Source: an uncultured Chloroflexia bacterium (GTDB lineage: Bacteria > Chloroflexota > Limnocylindria > Limnocylindrales > CSP1-4). Taken from it: a stretch of 64,000 bases of DNA. How positions within the stretch are numbered: position 1 is the stretch's first letter; every line of letters begins with the position of its first letter. The stretch lies in assembly GCA_963749705.1 (NCBI GenBank), contig CAVVNQ010000008.1:192001-256000 (forward strand), written 5' to 3'. The notes under the pieces are model-generated. The model was not told the DNA's origin, did no database searches, and worked only from the letters and a program-made list of their open reading frames with translations. Below are positions 41,662-50,940 of the stretch, one piece after another. The position numbers were made by a program, and so were the translations under genes.

Positions 41662-43212
41662 CTAACCGTCCGCGATCGGCCCCACCTGGGTCGGGATCAC
41701 GCCCGGGCCGACGACGACGAACACGCGCACCGCCGGCGCGCTGCCGAGGGCAGCGAACGAGCCGTCGACATCGTCGCGGACGTCAAGGACCATGGCCCAC
41801 ACGCCGGGCGTCTCGGGCACGGTGACCTGGCCATCCAGCTCCGAGCGGCCGCCGGGCGCCAGCGGGACCACGCCGAGGCTGACGTCCGGAGGAGGGGTGG
41901 GGTCGGCCGCGACCGGATCATCGACGGCCGTGCCGCCCGGCAGCGCATCCGCCCGGACGCTGATCGGGATCCACCGGGCGACCACGTGCGTGTTCCGCCG
42001 CACCGGCAGCTGCGTGCTCGCCGCGATCGTGAGCGGGCCCTCCGCCCAGGTCGCGCTGCCGATGTTCGCGACCGTCAGCGCCACGTTGACCGCGGAACCG
42101 GCGATCACGGTCGTGTCCGCGGCCTGCAGGTCGAGGGCTGCGTGCCGGTCACCGGGAACGAACACGGCGAACGGCCCGGACCGGGCCACGACGTGGCCGA
42201 ACCGGCGGTCCTTGAGCGTCGTTGTCGCCGCGTACGCGCCGGCGTCGAGCGGCAGGGGCGTGACCGCCCGGAGCGTCCGCTCCGAGACGCTGGCGACGGG
42301 TCGCGCCGGGAGATCGCTGGACCCGAGCTGCGCCACCGGCGCGGCTGAGGTCGCGGCAAGCACGAGCGGGTCCGGATCGACGGAGAACCGCGTCGTGACG
42401 TCGGCACCCGGGAACCGCCACCCATCGGGCGTCCTGATCCCCCAGCTCACCTCGAGGGTCCGCGGCGTCTGCGTGGCGATCGCGGTCCCGACGACGACGC
42501 CGGTGAACGGCGCGGGCTTCGCGATCGGCGTGACCGCGACCGACAGCACGCCGGCCCGCGTGGTCCAGGCGTAGGCCTTGAGGGCCTTGACGCTGATCCA
42601 CTCCCCCGCCCAGTCTCCCCGCCCCAGCGGATCCATCAGCCACACGCGACCGCGCTTGCGGTCGTATCGCTCGATGTAGACGGCGTGGTTGTCGCCCTCG
42701 TCGGTTGCCCGCCAGAACGGCGGATCCCAGCGCCCGTACCAGCGGGGAAGCTTCGAGTCGTCGCCCAGCAGGACGGCGCCGGCGCCGTGCTCGAGGCGGC
42801 TGAGGAGCGTCCGCCAGGTGATGGTCGCGCCGCCGTCGGGCGAATACGCGAGCGCGATCCCGAGCTTCGCGTACGCGGTGCGCAGGTCCGCAAGCGTCGA
42901 TCCGCCGTGGGTGTCGCCGGACAGCCGGCGCAACGCCTGGCGCGAGACGACATCCCTGCCGTTGGTCCACTTGTCGAGGAGCATCGCGCCGGACGCCCAC
43001 AGGCAGTCCTGCCACGGGCGGGTGTCGGTCTCGGTCACGAACGCAGGGTGATACCCGGGCAGGGGCTGCGGCGGGTCCAGCGCGGCCGCCGGACCGGCAC
43101 CGGCCGCGAGGAGCGTGGACGCGGCGAGCCATGCGGCGGCGAGCGTGCGGACGAGGGTGGGTCGGATGGGCATTGGGGCCGTGGCTGGGGCGGTCTGTGC
43201 GACACCGGTCAC
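41662..43212 (-). CDS. Secreted papain-fold (C39-like) peptidase with Ig-like C-terminal domains
   Basis: Signal peptide, DCLWASGAMLL (Cys), NHAVY (His) and MDP (Asp). The start may be 43173. Confidence 0.65.
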   Translation of the reverse strand: MTGVAQTAPATAPMPIRPTLVRTLAAAWLAASTLLAAGAGPAAALDPPQPLPGYHPAFVTETDTRPWQDCLWASGAMLLDKWTNGRDVVSRQALRRLSGDTHGGSTLADLRTAYAKLGIALAYSPDGGATITWRTLLSRLEHGAGAVLLGDDSKLPRWYGRWDPPFWRATDEGDNHAVYIERYDRKRGRVWLMDPLGRGDWAGEWISVKALKAYAWTTRAGVLSVAVTPIAKPAPFTGVVVGTAIATQTPRTLEVSWGIRTPDGWRFPGADVTTRFSVDPDPLVLAATSAAPVAQLGSSDLPARPVASVSERTLRAVTPLPLDAGAYAATTTLKDRRFGHVVARSGPFAVFVPGDRHAALDLQAADTTVIAGSAVNVALTVANIGSATWAEGPLTIAASTQLPVRRNTHVVARWIPISVRADALPGGTAVDDPVAADPTPPPDVSLGVVPLAPGGRSELDGQVTVPETPGVWAMVLDVRDDVDGSFAALGSAPAVRVFVVVGPGVIPTQVGPIADG

Positions 43213-43345
43213 GCGCCGGGATACCGAGAACCGCGGGGAGTGGCTTCAGCGTCGCGTGGGTCGCTCGGCCGGGCCATGGATCGGCGGTCAGGGGGCCGGT
43301 CCGACGATGGTCCGGTCCACCGGGCCCGAATGCTCGCTCGGTTGC

Positions 43346-43858
43346 TCAGTCCGGGGCGGCATCCCGGGGCGGCGCGGGGTTCGCCAGACCGTCGATGACG
43401 TCGACATTGGGGAGCGACCGCAGGATCGATGGCGGCGCGATCACCTTCCAGCTCCGGCTGCCACCACCGAGGACGATCCGCTGGCGGGCCATGACCGCGG
43501 CATCGACCCAGACGGGAAGGTCGGCGGGCAGGCCGAACACGGTCACACCCCCGATCTCGTGGCCCGTCAACGCCCGCGTCTCGTCCGGCGAGGCGAACGA
43601 CGACTTGCGCCCGAACCGCTGCTTGATCGCGTGGTTGACGTCGAGGCGGTGCGTGGCCAGCACCACGCACGCGGCGAAGGCGGGCGGGCTTCCCTTGCCC
43701 ACGACGATGATCGTGTTCGCCGAATCCTCGGGCGCGAACCCGTAGGCGGCGCAGAACGCGGCCGTGTCGGCGAGCGCCGGGTCGCACGGGAACAGCTCGT
43801 ACTCGCCGTGGCCGGCGAGGGCGGCCTCGAGCGCGTCGCGTTCCGGATCGGTGGTCAT
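43346..43858 (-). CDS. YbaK/EbsC aminoacyl-tRNA deacylase family protein
   Basis: SANTIIV, TGHEIGGVTVFG and LGGGSRSWK. Confidence 0.85.
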   Translation of the reverse strand: MTTDPERDALEAALAGHGEYELFPCDPALADTAAFCAAYGFAPEDSANTIIVVGKGSPPAFAACVVLATHRLDVNHAIKQRFGRKSSFASPDETRALTGHEIGGVTVFGLPADLPVWVDAAVMARQRIVLGGGSRSWKVIAPPSILRSLPNVDVIDGLANPAPPRDAAPD

Positions 43859-44409
43859 GCCCGAAACGCTACCGTCTGCGGCGCGGTGGCGCCGGCATCG
43901 CCCGGCTCGGGTGAGACGCCGGCCGGCTTGGGGGAGACGGCGGCCGGAACGGGCGATGCACCAGCGTCGACCGGCTCGAGGGCGTCCAGCCGGTAGAACC
44001 GGCCCACGGCGCGCACGTTGCCCCGGAACAGCCAGTACAGGACCGTCCCCGGAAACGGGTGCTGTCGGAACGTGGCCCGGATGACGGCCTCGCGCTCCGG
44101 GCCGGGCGGCAGCAACGTGGCGTCGAACCGGAACCGGCGTCCATCGTGATGCTCCAGCTCACCGCCGCCCGCGGCGTCCAGGTTGCTGGTCCAGGCGCAG
44201 GCGACATCGGGGTGGCCGAGATAGCTGCGGTCCCCGACCCGGAGCAGGCCGAGATACAGCGATCGCGGCTTGCCCGAGCGCCGCCCGGTGATCGTCACGC
44301 GGATGACGTTGCCGATGCCCGAGCGGCGCCACTTCCGCGCAAGCAGCCCGTCGGCGCGTGCAAGCCCGCGGTACCAGCGCGGCCAGAAGGCGTGGGCGAC
44401 CCGGGACAT
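43855..44409 (-). CDS. Deazaflavin-dependent nitroreductase (Ddn)-like protein
   Basis: TITGRRSGKPR and W..NL.A motifs. Confidence 0.7.
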   Translation of the reverse strand: MSRVAHAFWPRWYRGLARADGLLARKWRRSGIGNVIRVTITGRRSGKPRSLYLGLLRVGDRSYLGHPDVACAWTSNLDAAGGGELEHHDGRRFRFDATLLPPGPEREAVIRATFRQHPFPGTVLYWLFRGNVRAVGRFYRLDALEPVDAGASPVPAAVSPKPAGVSPEPGDAGATAPQTVAFRA

Positions 44410-44540
44410 GCCACAGATCGTACCGCCGCGGACCCGGCCATCGGTGGACGCAACCCGGAACGCGATGGACGAGGGCCGCAGGCACGAGCCAAGATGACCG
44501 TCCACGGACCCAGCTGCTCCCCGACCGACCGGAGATCCCG

Positions 44541-46058
44541 ATGACCGACACCCTCGTTCCCGCGATCGACCAGGCGAAGGCCGAGATCGCCGCCCTGTCC
44601 CTGCGGACGCAGCTGTTCATCGATGGCGAGTTCCGGGACGCGCGCGGCGGACGGCGCTATGTGACCCGCAACCCGGCCACCGGCCAGCCCATCGCCGAGG
44701 TCGCCGAGGGCGATGCGTCGGACGTGGACGCGGCCGTCGCGGTGGCCCGACGGGCGGCCGATGACGGTCGGTGGTCGCGGATGAGCCCCGGCGACCGGAA
44801 GCGGATCCTGGTCCGCTGGGCGGACCTGATCGAGGCGGGCGCGCGCGAGCTCGGCCTGATCGAGACGATCGACGCGGGCAAGCCGATCAGCGACACGGTG
44901 GGCCTGGACATGCCCGAGACGGCGGCCTGCATCCGCTGGCACGCGGAGGCCGCCGACAAGCTGTACGGCCAGGTCGCGCCATCGCCCGAGGGCACGGTCG
45001 CGACGATCACCCGCGAGCCGGTGGGCGTGGTGGGCGCCGTGATCCCCTGGAACTACCCGGCCCAGATGGCCGCCTGGAAGCTCGGACCCGCGCTCGCGAC
45101 CGGCAACACCGTGGTCATGAAGCCCGCGTCCAACACCTCGCTCAGCCTGCTCCGGATCGCCGAGCTGGGCGCGGAGGCGGGGATCCCGGACGGCGTGCTC
45201 AACGTGGTCACCGGACCGGGCGACGTCGTGGGCGAAGCGATCGGGCGCCACCCCGACATCGACTGCCTCGCGTTCACCGGCTCCACCGAGGTCGGCCGGC
45301 GCTTCCTCCACTACAGCGCTGACACCAACCTCAAGCGCGTCCTGCTCGAGCTCGGCGGCAAGAGCCCCCAGATCGTGTTCCCGGATGCCGCGGACCTCGC
45401 GTCCGTCGCCGCCAACGTGGCGATCGCGATCTTCTGGAACATGGGCGAGAACTGTTCGGCGGGGTCGCGACTGATCGTCCATCGCTCGGTCAGGGACCGG
45501 CTGCTCGAGGCGGTGGCCGCCGAGCTCGCCGGCTGGCCCGTCGGCGACCCGCTCGACCCGGCCACCCGGATCGGCGCGCTCATCAGCCGCAGCCACATGG
45601 AGACGGTCCTGCGCTACGTGCAGGCGGGTATCGACGAAGGCGCGCGGCTGGTCACCGGCGGGTCGCGGATCCTCGAGGAGACCGGCGGCTGGTTCGTGCC
45701 GCCCACGATCTTCGACGGGGTGCGCAACGACATGACGATCGCGCGCGAGGAGATCTTCGGGCCGGTCCTGTCGGTCATCGAGTTCGACACCGAGGCCGAG
45801 GCCGTCGCGCTGGCCAACGACACCCCCTACGGGCTCGCGTCCTCGCTGTACACCGAGGACCTCAACGTCGCCCACCGCGTGGCGCGCAACCTGCATGCGG
45901 GGGTGGTCGCGGTCAACGCCTACTCCGAGGGCGACATGACGACGCCGTTCGGCGGCTACAAGCTGTCCGGCTTCGGCGGCCACGACAAGTCGGTCCACGC
46001 CCACGACCAGTACACCGAGACCAAGACGATCTGGATCCAGCTGCGCGACGCCGGGTAG
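44541..46058 (+). CDS. Aldehyde dehydrogenase (PuuC-like)
   Basis: PWNYP, FTGSTEVG, LELGGKSP, GENCSAG, EEIFGPV and PFGGYKLSG. Confidence 0.95.
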   Translation: MTDTLVPAIDQAKAEIAALSLRTQLFIDGEFRDARGGRRYVTRNPATGQPIAEVAEGDASDVDAAVAVARRAADDGRWSRMSPGDRKRILVRWADLIEAGARELGLIETIDAGKPISDTVGLDMPETAACIRWHAEAADKLYGQVAPSPEGTVATITREPVGVVGAVIPWNYPAQMAAWKLGPALATGNTVVMKPASNTSLSLLRIAELGAEAGIPDGVLNVVTGPGDVVGEAIGRHPDIDCLAFTGSTEVGRRFLHYSADTNLKRVLLELGGKSPQIVFPDAADLASVAANVAIAIFWNMGENCSAGSRLIVHRSVRDRLLEAVAAELAGWPVGDPLDPATRIGALISRSHMETVLRYVQAGIDEGARLVTGGSRILEETGGWFVPPTIFDGVRNDMTIAREEIFGPVLSVIEFDTEAEAVALANDTPYGLASSLYTEDLNVAHRVARNLHAGVVAVNAYSEGDMTTPFGGYKLSGFGGHDKSVHAHDQYTETKTIWIQLRDAG

Positions 46059-46193
46059 GCCGCGTCGCGACCCGAACGGCCGTCGGGAGACCGGCGCAGG
46101 CGCCGGGCCGCTGCGAGGCCAGCGTGGACGCCGGGCCGCCGGCCCTGCGACAACTGGGCAAAGCTGGGTAGACCCGCCTCCATAGGCTGGAGA

Positions 46194-46247
46194 GGTCTCT
46201 CCCCGAGACCCTGAGGCGCCCGGTCCATCCCCCTGGCCGGGTGCCTC
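46194..46247 (+). ncRNA. Candidate 6C-like small RNA (two hairpins with C-rich loops)
   Basis: GGTCTC-TCCCC-GAGACC and GAGGCGCCCGGTCCA-TCCCCC-TGGCCGGGTGCCTC, with TAGGCT at 46183-46188. Confidence 0.5.
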
Positions 46248-46294
46248 TCGACGCCCCCCGGCCCGGTCGGCGTGCCGCCTCGACGTGCGCCGCG

Positions 46295-46870
46295 TCAGTG
46301 GTAGGCGGGCGCCCCGAGGATCCCGAACGAGCTGGCCGGCCAGTAGCGCAGGAACGCGCGCCCGATGACGCTTGCCGAATCGATCGGGCCGAACGCGCGC
46401 GAATCCGACGACGCCTCGCGGTGATCCCCCATCACGAACAGCTGGCCGGGTCCCAGCACCCACGAGGACGTGCCCGTCAGCGGCGTGGTCGGGCCGTTCT
46501 GGCCATCCGCGTTGCGGAAGGTGTAGGAGCGCTCGTCAAGCGGCGCGCCGTCGACGTACACGAGCCCGTCATCGCGGATCTCGACCTTGTCGCCCGGCAG
46601 GCCGATCACGCGCTTGACGAACGGCGTGTCGCCCTGGTCCTCCCAGCCCGGCGGCGGCCGGAGCACCACGATGTCGCCGCGATGGTAGGCGTCCCAGCGC
46701 GGCGACAGCTTGTCCACGAGCACGAACTGGCCGGGCTCCAGGGTGTGCTCCATCGAGTTCTGCTCGACCTGGAACGGCTGCGCCACGAACGTCTGGATGA
46801 CGAAGAAGATCACGAGCGTGAGGAGCAGGGTCTCGACCAGCTCGAGGATGAGTCGCCGGGATGGGATCAC
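46295..46870 (-). CDS. lepB: Signal peptidase I
   Basis: SMEHTL, RGDIVV, FVKRVIGLPGD and MGDHREASSDSR. Confidence 0.93.
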   Translation of the reverse strand: MIPSRRLILELVETLLLTLVIFFVIQTFVAQPFQVEQNSMEHTLEPGQFVLVDKLSPRWDAYHRGDIVVLRPPPGWEDQGDTPFVKRVIGLPGDKVEIRDDGLVYVDGAPLDERSYTFRNADGQNGPTTPLTGTSSWVLGPGQLFVMGDHREASSDSRAFGPIDSASVIGRAFLRYWPASSFGILGAPAYH

Positions 46871-46983
46871 CGGTGAAGTATGGCGGGGAACGGCGGAACA
46901 GGCGGAGCGGCGACACCCGAGGACGGCATCCGCGGCCACCCTGCCCGAACCTGCTCCACAATGCATGGTGACAGGAGGCACGC

Positions 46984-47433
46984 ATGGCCGACATCGCGAT
47001 CGAGGTTCTGCCCCAGCCGCGGATCGATACCCTGGTCACCGACGCGGCGACCGGCGCCCAGCGGCGGCGCACCGAGTACAGCGGCACGGTCTGGTTCGGT
47101 GGACGTCCGCAGGTCACCGGCTTCGGGTCGATCACGCTCGCAACCATGGCCGTGATCGACCGTCCCCTGTTCCTCCCCGACAGCCTCCCCTACCGCCCCG
47201 ATCCGCTCAACGACGCGCTGGTGGTGTGCAGCGTTGCGATCCAGGGTTCGATGGACGAGCCCCACCACGTCCTCGAATGCCGCGCCGGCCTGGTCCCGGA
47301 CCCGCGCAACGCGGCCGTCAGCTGGATCCAGCTCCAGGTCGCGGCACGAGCCAGGACGCCGTTCGCGATCAGCTACCGGGTCACGGTGGTCGTCGCCCTC
47401 AACGCCCTGCTCGAGACGGGCTCGGGATCGTGA
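46984..47433 (+). CDS. Beta-rich hypothetical protein
   Basis: AGGAGG RBS and GTGA overlap with the next gene. Confidence 0.65.
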   Translation: MADIAIEVLPQPRIDTLVTDAATGAQRRRTEYSGTVWFGGRPQVTGFGSITLATMAVIDRPLFLPDSLPYRPDPLNDALVVCSVAIQGSMDEPHHVLECRAGLVPDPRNAAVSWIQLQVAARARTPFAISYRVTVVVALNALLETGSGS

Positions 47434-48125
47434 TCGACTTCAGCCGCTTCGATGTCCTGACCTTCGACTGCTACGGCACCCTCATCGACTGGGAGGCCGG
47501 GATCCTGGCCGCGCTGCGGGCGGCGCTCGACGCGCACGGTGTCACGGCCGGAGACGATGACCTCCTCGGCCGGTACGCGGTCCACGAGGCCGAGATCGAG
47601 CACGGCCCGTATTTGCGCTACCGGGAGGTCCTGTCGCGCGGCATGACCGCCGTGTGCCGCGAGCTGGGCGTCGAGCCCGACGCGGACGAGATCGCCGCGT
47701 TCGGTGGATCCGTCGCCGACTGGCCCGCCTTTCCCGATTCGGCGGACGCGCTCGCCCGGCTCCACCGCCGGTTCAAGCTCGCGGTGATCACGAACTGCGA
47801 CGACGACCTGTTCGCGGCGTCGAACCGCCGGCTTGGCGATGTGTTCGACTTCGTGATCACGGCGCAGCAGGCCGGCAGCTACAAGCCCGACCATCGCAGC
47901 TTCGAGATCGCGTTCGAGCGGATCGACCGCCCCCGGAGCCGGATCCTCCACGTGGCGCAGAGCCTGTTCCACGACCATGTGCCCGCCAGGCAGCTGGGGC
48001 TGACCTCGGTGTGGGTCGATCGCCGCCACGACCGGCCGGGGAGCGGCGCCACGCCGCCCGCGGAGGCCGCGCCGGACCTCACCGTCCCCGACATGGACAC
48101 GCTCGCGACGCTCGCGACCGCGTGA
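47430..48125 (+). CDS. Haloacid dehalogenase type II (HAD)
   Basis: FDCYGTLIDWE, ITNCD, YKP and HVAQSLFHDH. Confidence 0.92.
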   Translation: MIDFSRFDVLTFDCYGTLIDWEAGILAALRAALDAHGVTAGDDDLLGRYAVHEAEIEHGPYLRYREVLSRGMTAVCRELGVEPDADEIAAFGGSVADWPAFPDSADALARLHRRFKLAVITNCDDDLFAASNRRLGDVFDFVITAQQAGSYKPDHRSFEIAFERIDRPRSRILHVAQSLFHDHVPARQLGLTSVWVDRRHDRPGSGATPPAEAAPDLTVPDMDTLATLATA

Positions 48126-48149
48126 ACCCGGCTCAGTGACCGCGCCGAC

Positions 48150-48851
48150 ATGACAGCAGAGCACATCGCGGATCCGCCGCCCGCGCAACGGGCAACCACC
48201 ACGCGTGCGGGCATCCTCGCCGGGATCGCGGCACCCGTGATCTCGTGGGGGCTGAGCGTCATCGTCATCGCCGGCTGGCCCGGCTACGACCCGATCGCGC
48301 AGTCAATCAGCCTGCTCGCGACCGCGCCGCTCGGATGGCTGCAGACCGTGGCGTTCGGGATCAGCGGGCTCCTCGGCGCCGCGTGGGCCATCGGGGTGTC
48401 GAGCGTGCTGGGCCGGACGGCGCGTCAGCGGGCGCTCGTGCGCGGCCTGCTCCTGGTCCAGGCCGCGATCGCATTCGGGTTCGCGGTGCTGCCGACCGAT
48501 CGCGCCGGAGTGCCCACGACCACGATCGGATCGCTCCACCTGCTCGACTTCTACCTGTACTCGATCACGATGCCGCTGACGCTGGTTGCCCTCGGGCTCG
48601 TGATGCGACGTGACCCGCGCTGGCACGGGGCGGCCGGGCCGACGCTCGCGGCCGCGGGCCTGGTCGTGCTTGCGACCGTGCTCGTGCCGGCCACGGTGGA
48701 CGGGCCGCTCACGCCCTGGCTGGGCCTGCTCGAGCGGCTGTACGTCGCGATCCCGTCCGCGTGGCAGGTCGGGGCCGGGATCGTCGCCTGGCGGCTGTCG
48801 TCCGGCCCCACGGCTGGCGCTCGCGACCAGGCCCTCCCCGTCCGTCGCTGA
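48150..48851 (+). CDS. DUF998-like membrane protein
   Basis: PGYDPIAQSISLL, PTD, LH and GLLER. Confidence 0.75.
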   Translation: MTAEHIADPPPAQRATTTRAGILAGIAAPVISWGLSVIVIAGWPGYDPIAQSISLLATAPLGWLQTVAFGISGLLGAAWAIGVSSVLGRTARQRALVRGLLLVQAAIAFGFAVLPTDRAGVPTTTIGSLHLLDFYLYSITMPLTLVALGLVMRRDPRWHGAAGPTLAAAGLVVLATVLVPATVDGPLTPWLGLLERLYVAIPSAWQVGAGIVAWRLSSGPTAGARDQALPVRR

Positions 48852-48915
48852 AACCGCCTCCGCGGGATCGACGTATCCAGGCCTGCCGGGGGAACGAGAC
48901 AGCTGGAGGACCTGG

Positions 48916-49170
48916 ATGAAGCGACTCGCGATCAGCCTTGGACTTGCCCTCGCACTCGCCCTGCCGGGCTCGGCACTCGCCTTCCACCACACCGGGCTGC
49001 CGGCGACCTTCTGCCACGCCGCGGCCGCGGGAAGCCCGTCCAACGACAACGGGATGGCCAAGGAGGCGCTCCTCGCGCACAACCCGCAGGGCCTTCCCCT
49101 GCCACCGGTCGGCACGCCCGGCCAGGGCCAGGGTGAGGGCGGCGAGCACTGCGCCAACGCCACCGACTGA
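48916..49170 (+). CDS. Small secreted protein
   Basis: GGAGG RBS, classic signal peptide ending ALA, and two Cys. Confidence 0.7.
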   Translation: MKRLAISLGLALALALPGSALAFHHTGLPATFCHAAAAGSPSNDNGMAKEALLAHNPQGLPLPPVGTPGQGQGEGGEHCANATD

Positions 49171-49258
49171 ACATCCCTCCGCTCCCGGCGGACCGAGCCG
49201 GACCCCTCAGGCCCGGTCCGCCGGCCTGCACCTGGGCGTGGCGGCGCCCCTGCCGACC

Positions 49259-50500
49259 CTAGCCCTTGATCGCCCGAAGTCGCTTGCGCAGGGCGACCTG
49301 TGGCACCGCGGCAACATCGATCCGGCGCGCGCCGAGGAAGCGGATGAACCGCTGCATGCCCATGGCCAGCGCCTCGACGAATGCGGCATCTGCCGCAAGG
49401 GCCGGATCCTCGAGCCACAGGCCGAGGATCCGGAGCGTGCCGGTCGCACGGTCCAGCTTGGGGTCGAACCGGCCGACCAGTCGATCGCCCCACAGGATCG
49501 GGAGCACGTAGTAGCCGAAGCGCCGCTTCGCCGCCGGCACGTACACCTCCCAGGTGTAGTCGAACCCGAACAGCGGCCTGGCACGACCGCGCGCCGAGAC
49601 CGGGTCGAGCGGCGACAGGAACACGGCCTCCTGCTCGGAGGTGGTGTCGATGGCGGTCCACGCCTGCGGCACGCGACCCGCCTCGAGCTCCTCGAGCAGC
49701 GGGGCATCGGTGGCGACCGCCAGCCGGGTCGTCCGCCAGCCCTCCACCCTGACCTCGATCGCGAGGTTCGCGTCGATCCAGCGCTGCTGCCGGTCCTGGA
49801 GCTCGCCCTTGGGCACCTCGCGCCGCAGGAACCAGTTGACGCCGGTGAGCCGGGCCAGGCCGTCCGCCGCCACCTCCTTGCGCAGGAGCACGTCATCGGC
49901 CTCCTCCGCCGGCACGTCGCGGAGCGCCTCGGGCGGCGCGATGGCCTCCGTGATCGCGTACACGCGCTCGAACCGCTCGCGCCGGCTGACCATCGCCTCG
50001 CCCGTTCGCCACAGGTAGTGGAGCGCCAGCGCGCTGTCCTTTCGACCGCGATAGCTGTCCACGCGAGTCCGGTCGCGCATCTCGAAGTCCCGGTTCGAGA
50101 CCTCGCGCCCGGAGCGAAGGATCCTGCGCATCTCCTCGATCGCGTCCGGGTGCTCGCGGGCGATCTGCGCCATCTGTCCCTGGCCGCCCTCGCGTCGCAT
50201 CAGGACCCGCCACCACGGCAGCTCGTCCATCGGCCGCACGGCCAGCCAGCCGCCCCATTCGAAGAACCGGCGCTGCTCGTAGGTCAGCCGGGCCCAGTCG
50301 TCGACCTCGTAGTCGACGACGCGGCTGGCGAGCATGAGATCGTGGGCACGGGCGACGACGACCAGCGGGTCGAGCTGGAGGTGCTCCATCGTCCGCATCG
50401 CCGACGCGGCGCCCTCGAGTCCCTGCCACCGGCGGCCCGGCCACAGGCCCTGCCGGCCCATGACGTACCGGCGCGCGGTCACGGCCGAGATCTCAAGCAT
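49259..50500 (-). CDS. YcaQ/AlkZ-like winged-helix DNA glycosylase (crosslink repair)
   Basis: LQLDP..VVARAH, FLSPLDP and FGFDYTWEVYVPAAKRRFGYYVLPIL.GDRLVGR.D. Confidence 0.88.
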   Translation of the reverse strand: MLEISAVTARRYVMGRQGLWPGRRWQGLEGAASAMRTMEHLQLDPLVVVARAHDLMLASRVVDYEVDDWARLTYEQRRFFEWGGWLAVRPMDELPWWRVLMRREGGQGQMAQIAREHPDAIEEMRRILRSGREVSNRDFEMRDRTRVDSYRGRKDSALALHYLWRTGEAMVSRRERFERVYAITEAIAPPEALRDVPAEEADDVLLRKEVAADGLARLTGVNWFLRREVPKGELQDRQQRWIDANLAIEVRVEGWRTTRLAVATDAPLLEELEAGRVPQAWTAIDTTSEQEAVFLSPLDPVSARGRARPLFGFDYTWEVYVPAAKRRFGYYVLPILWGDRLVGRFDPKLDRATGTLRILGLWLEDPALAADAAFVEALAMGMQRFIRFLGARRIDVAAVPQVALRKRLRAIKG

Positions 50501-50729
50501 GTCGCATCCGCGTGATCGTACGAGGTCTGCTCGCGGCGGTGGCGAGGCAGATCCCGGCCCACCCCCGCCCAAGGCTCGCCGGACCACATGACGGACCGTC
50601 ATGACAGCCGCGTGGCCCGGGCACATCCTTCCGCGGTCGAATCCGCGCGTGGCCCTGGAGCAGCGGGGGCGGCCGGTCCCTGAACACTACGTTCGGGCGG
50701 TCGCGCCAATCCCTCCGGCGGGTCGTCAA

Positions 50730-50821
50730 AATACCCCCGGCGGGTATTGACTTGGGGGGTTGTCAGCGGTGCGAGAATGGCCTAGACTTCTAATCCAAGG
50801 CGTGTCAAGACTTGACACGCC
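50730..50821. promoter_or_regulatory. Two palindromic operator candidates between the ycaQ-like gene and the sigma factor gene
   Basis: AATACCC-N5-GGGTATT (50730-50748) overlaps TTGACT. GGCGTGTCAAG-A-CTTGACACGCC spans 50799-50821. Confidence 0.55.
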
Positions 50822-50940
50822 CTCACGTGTGTCCGCTGGCGTGGATTGGACATACGGTTTCGGCCCTCGGGCCCGGCGATTGAACGGCGAACCCACAGGC
50901 AGTTGCACGGCGTGGTGCGGCGCCTGACACCAGGAGCAAT

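Noticed and set aside
46150-46250. SRP RNA or tRNA
   Set aside because: No SRP helix-8 GGAA motif and no cloverleaf or TTCGA loop on either strand.
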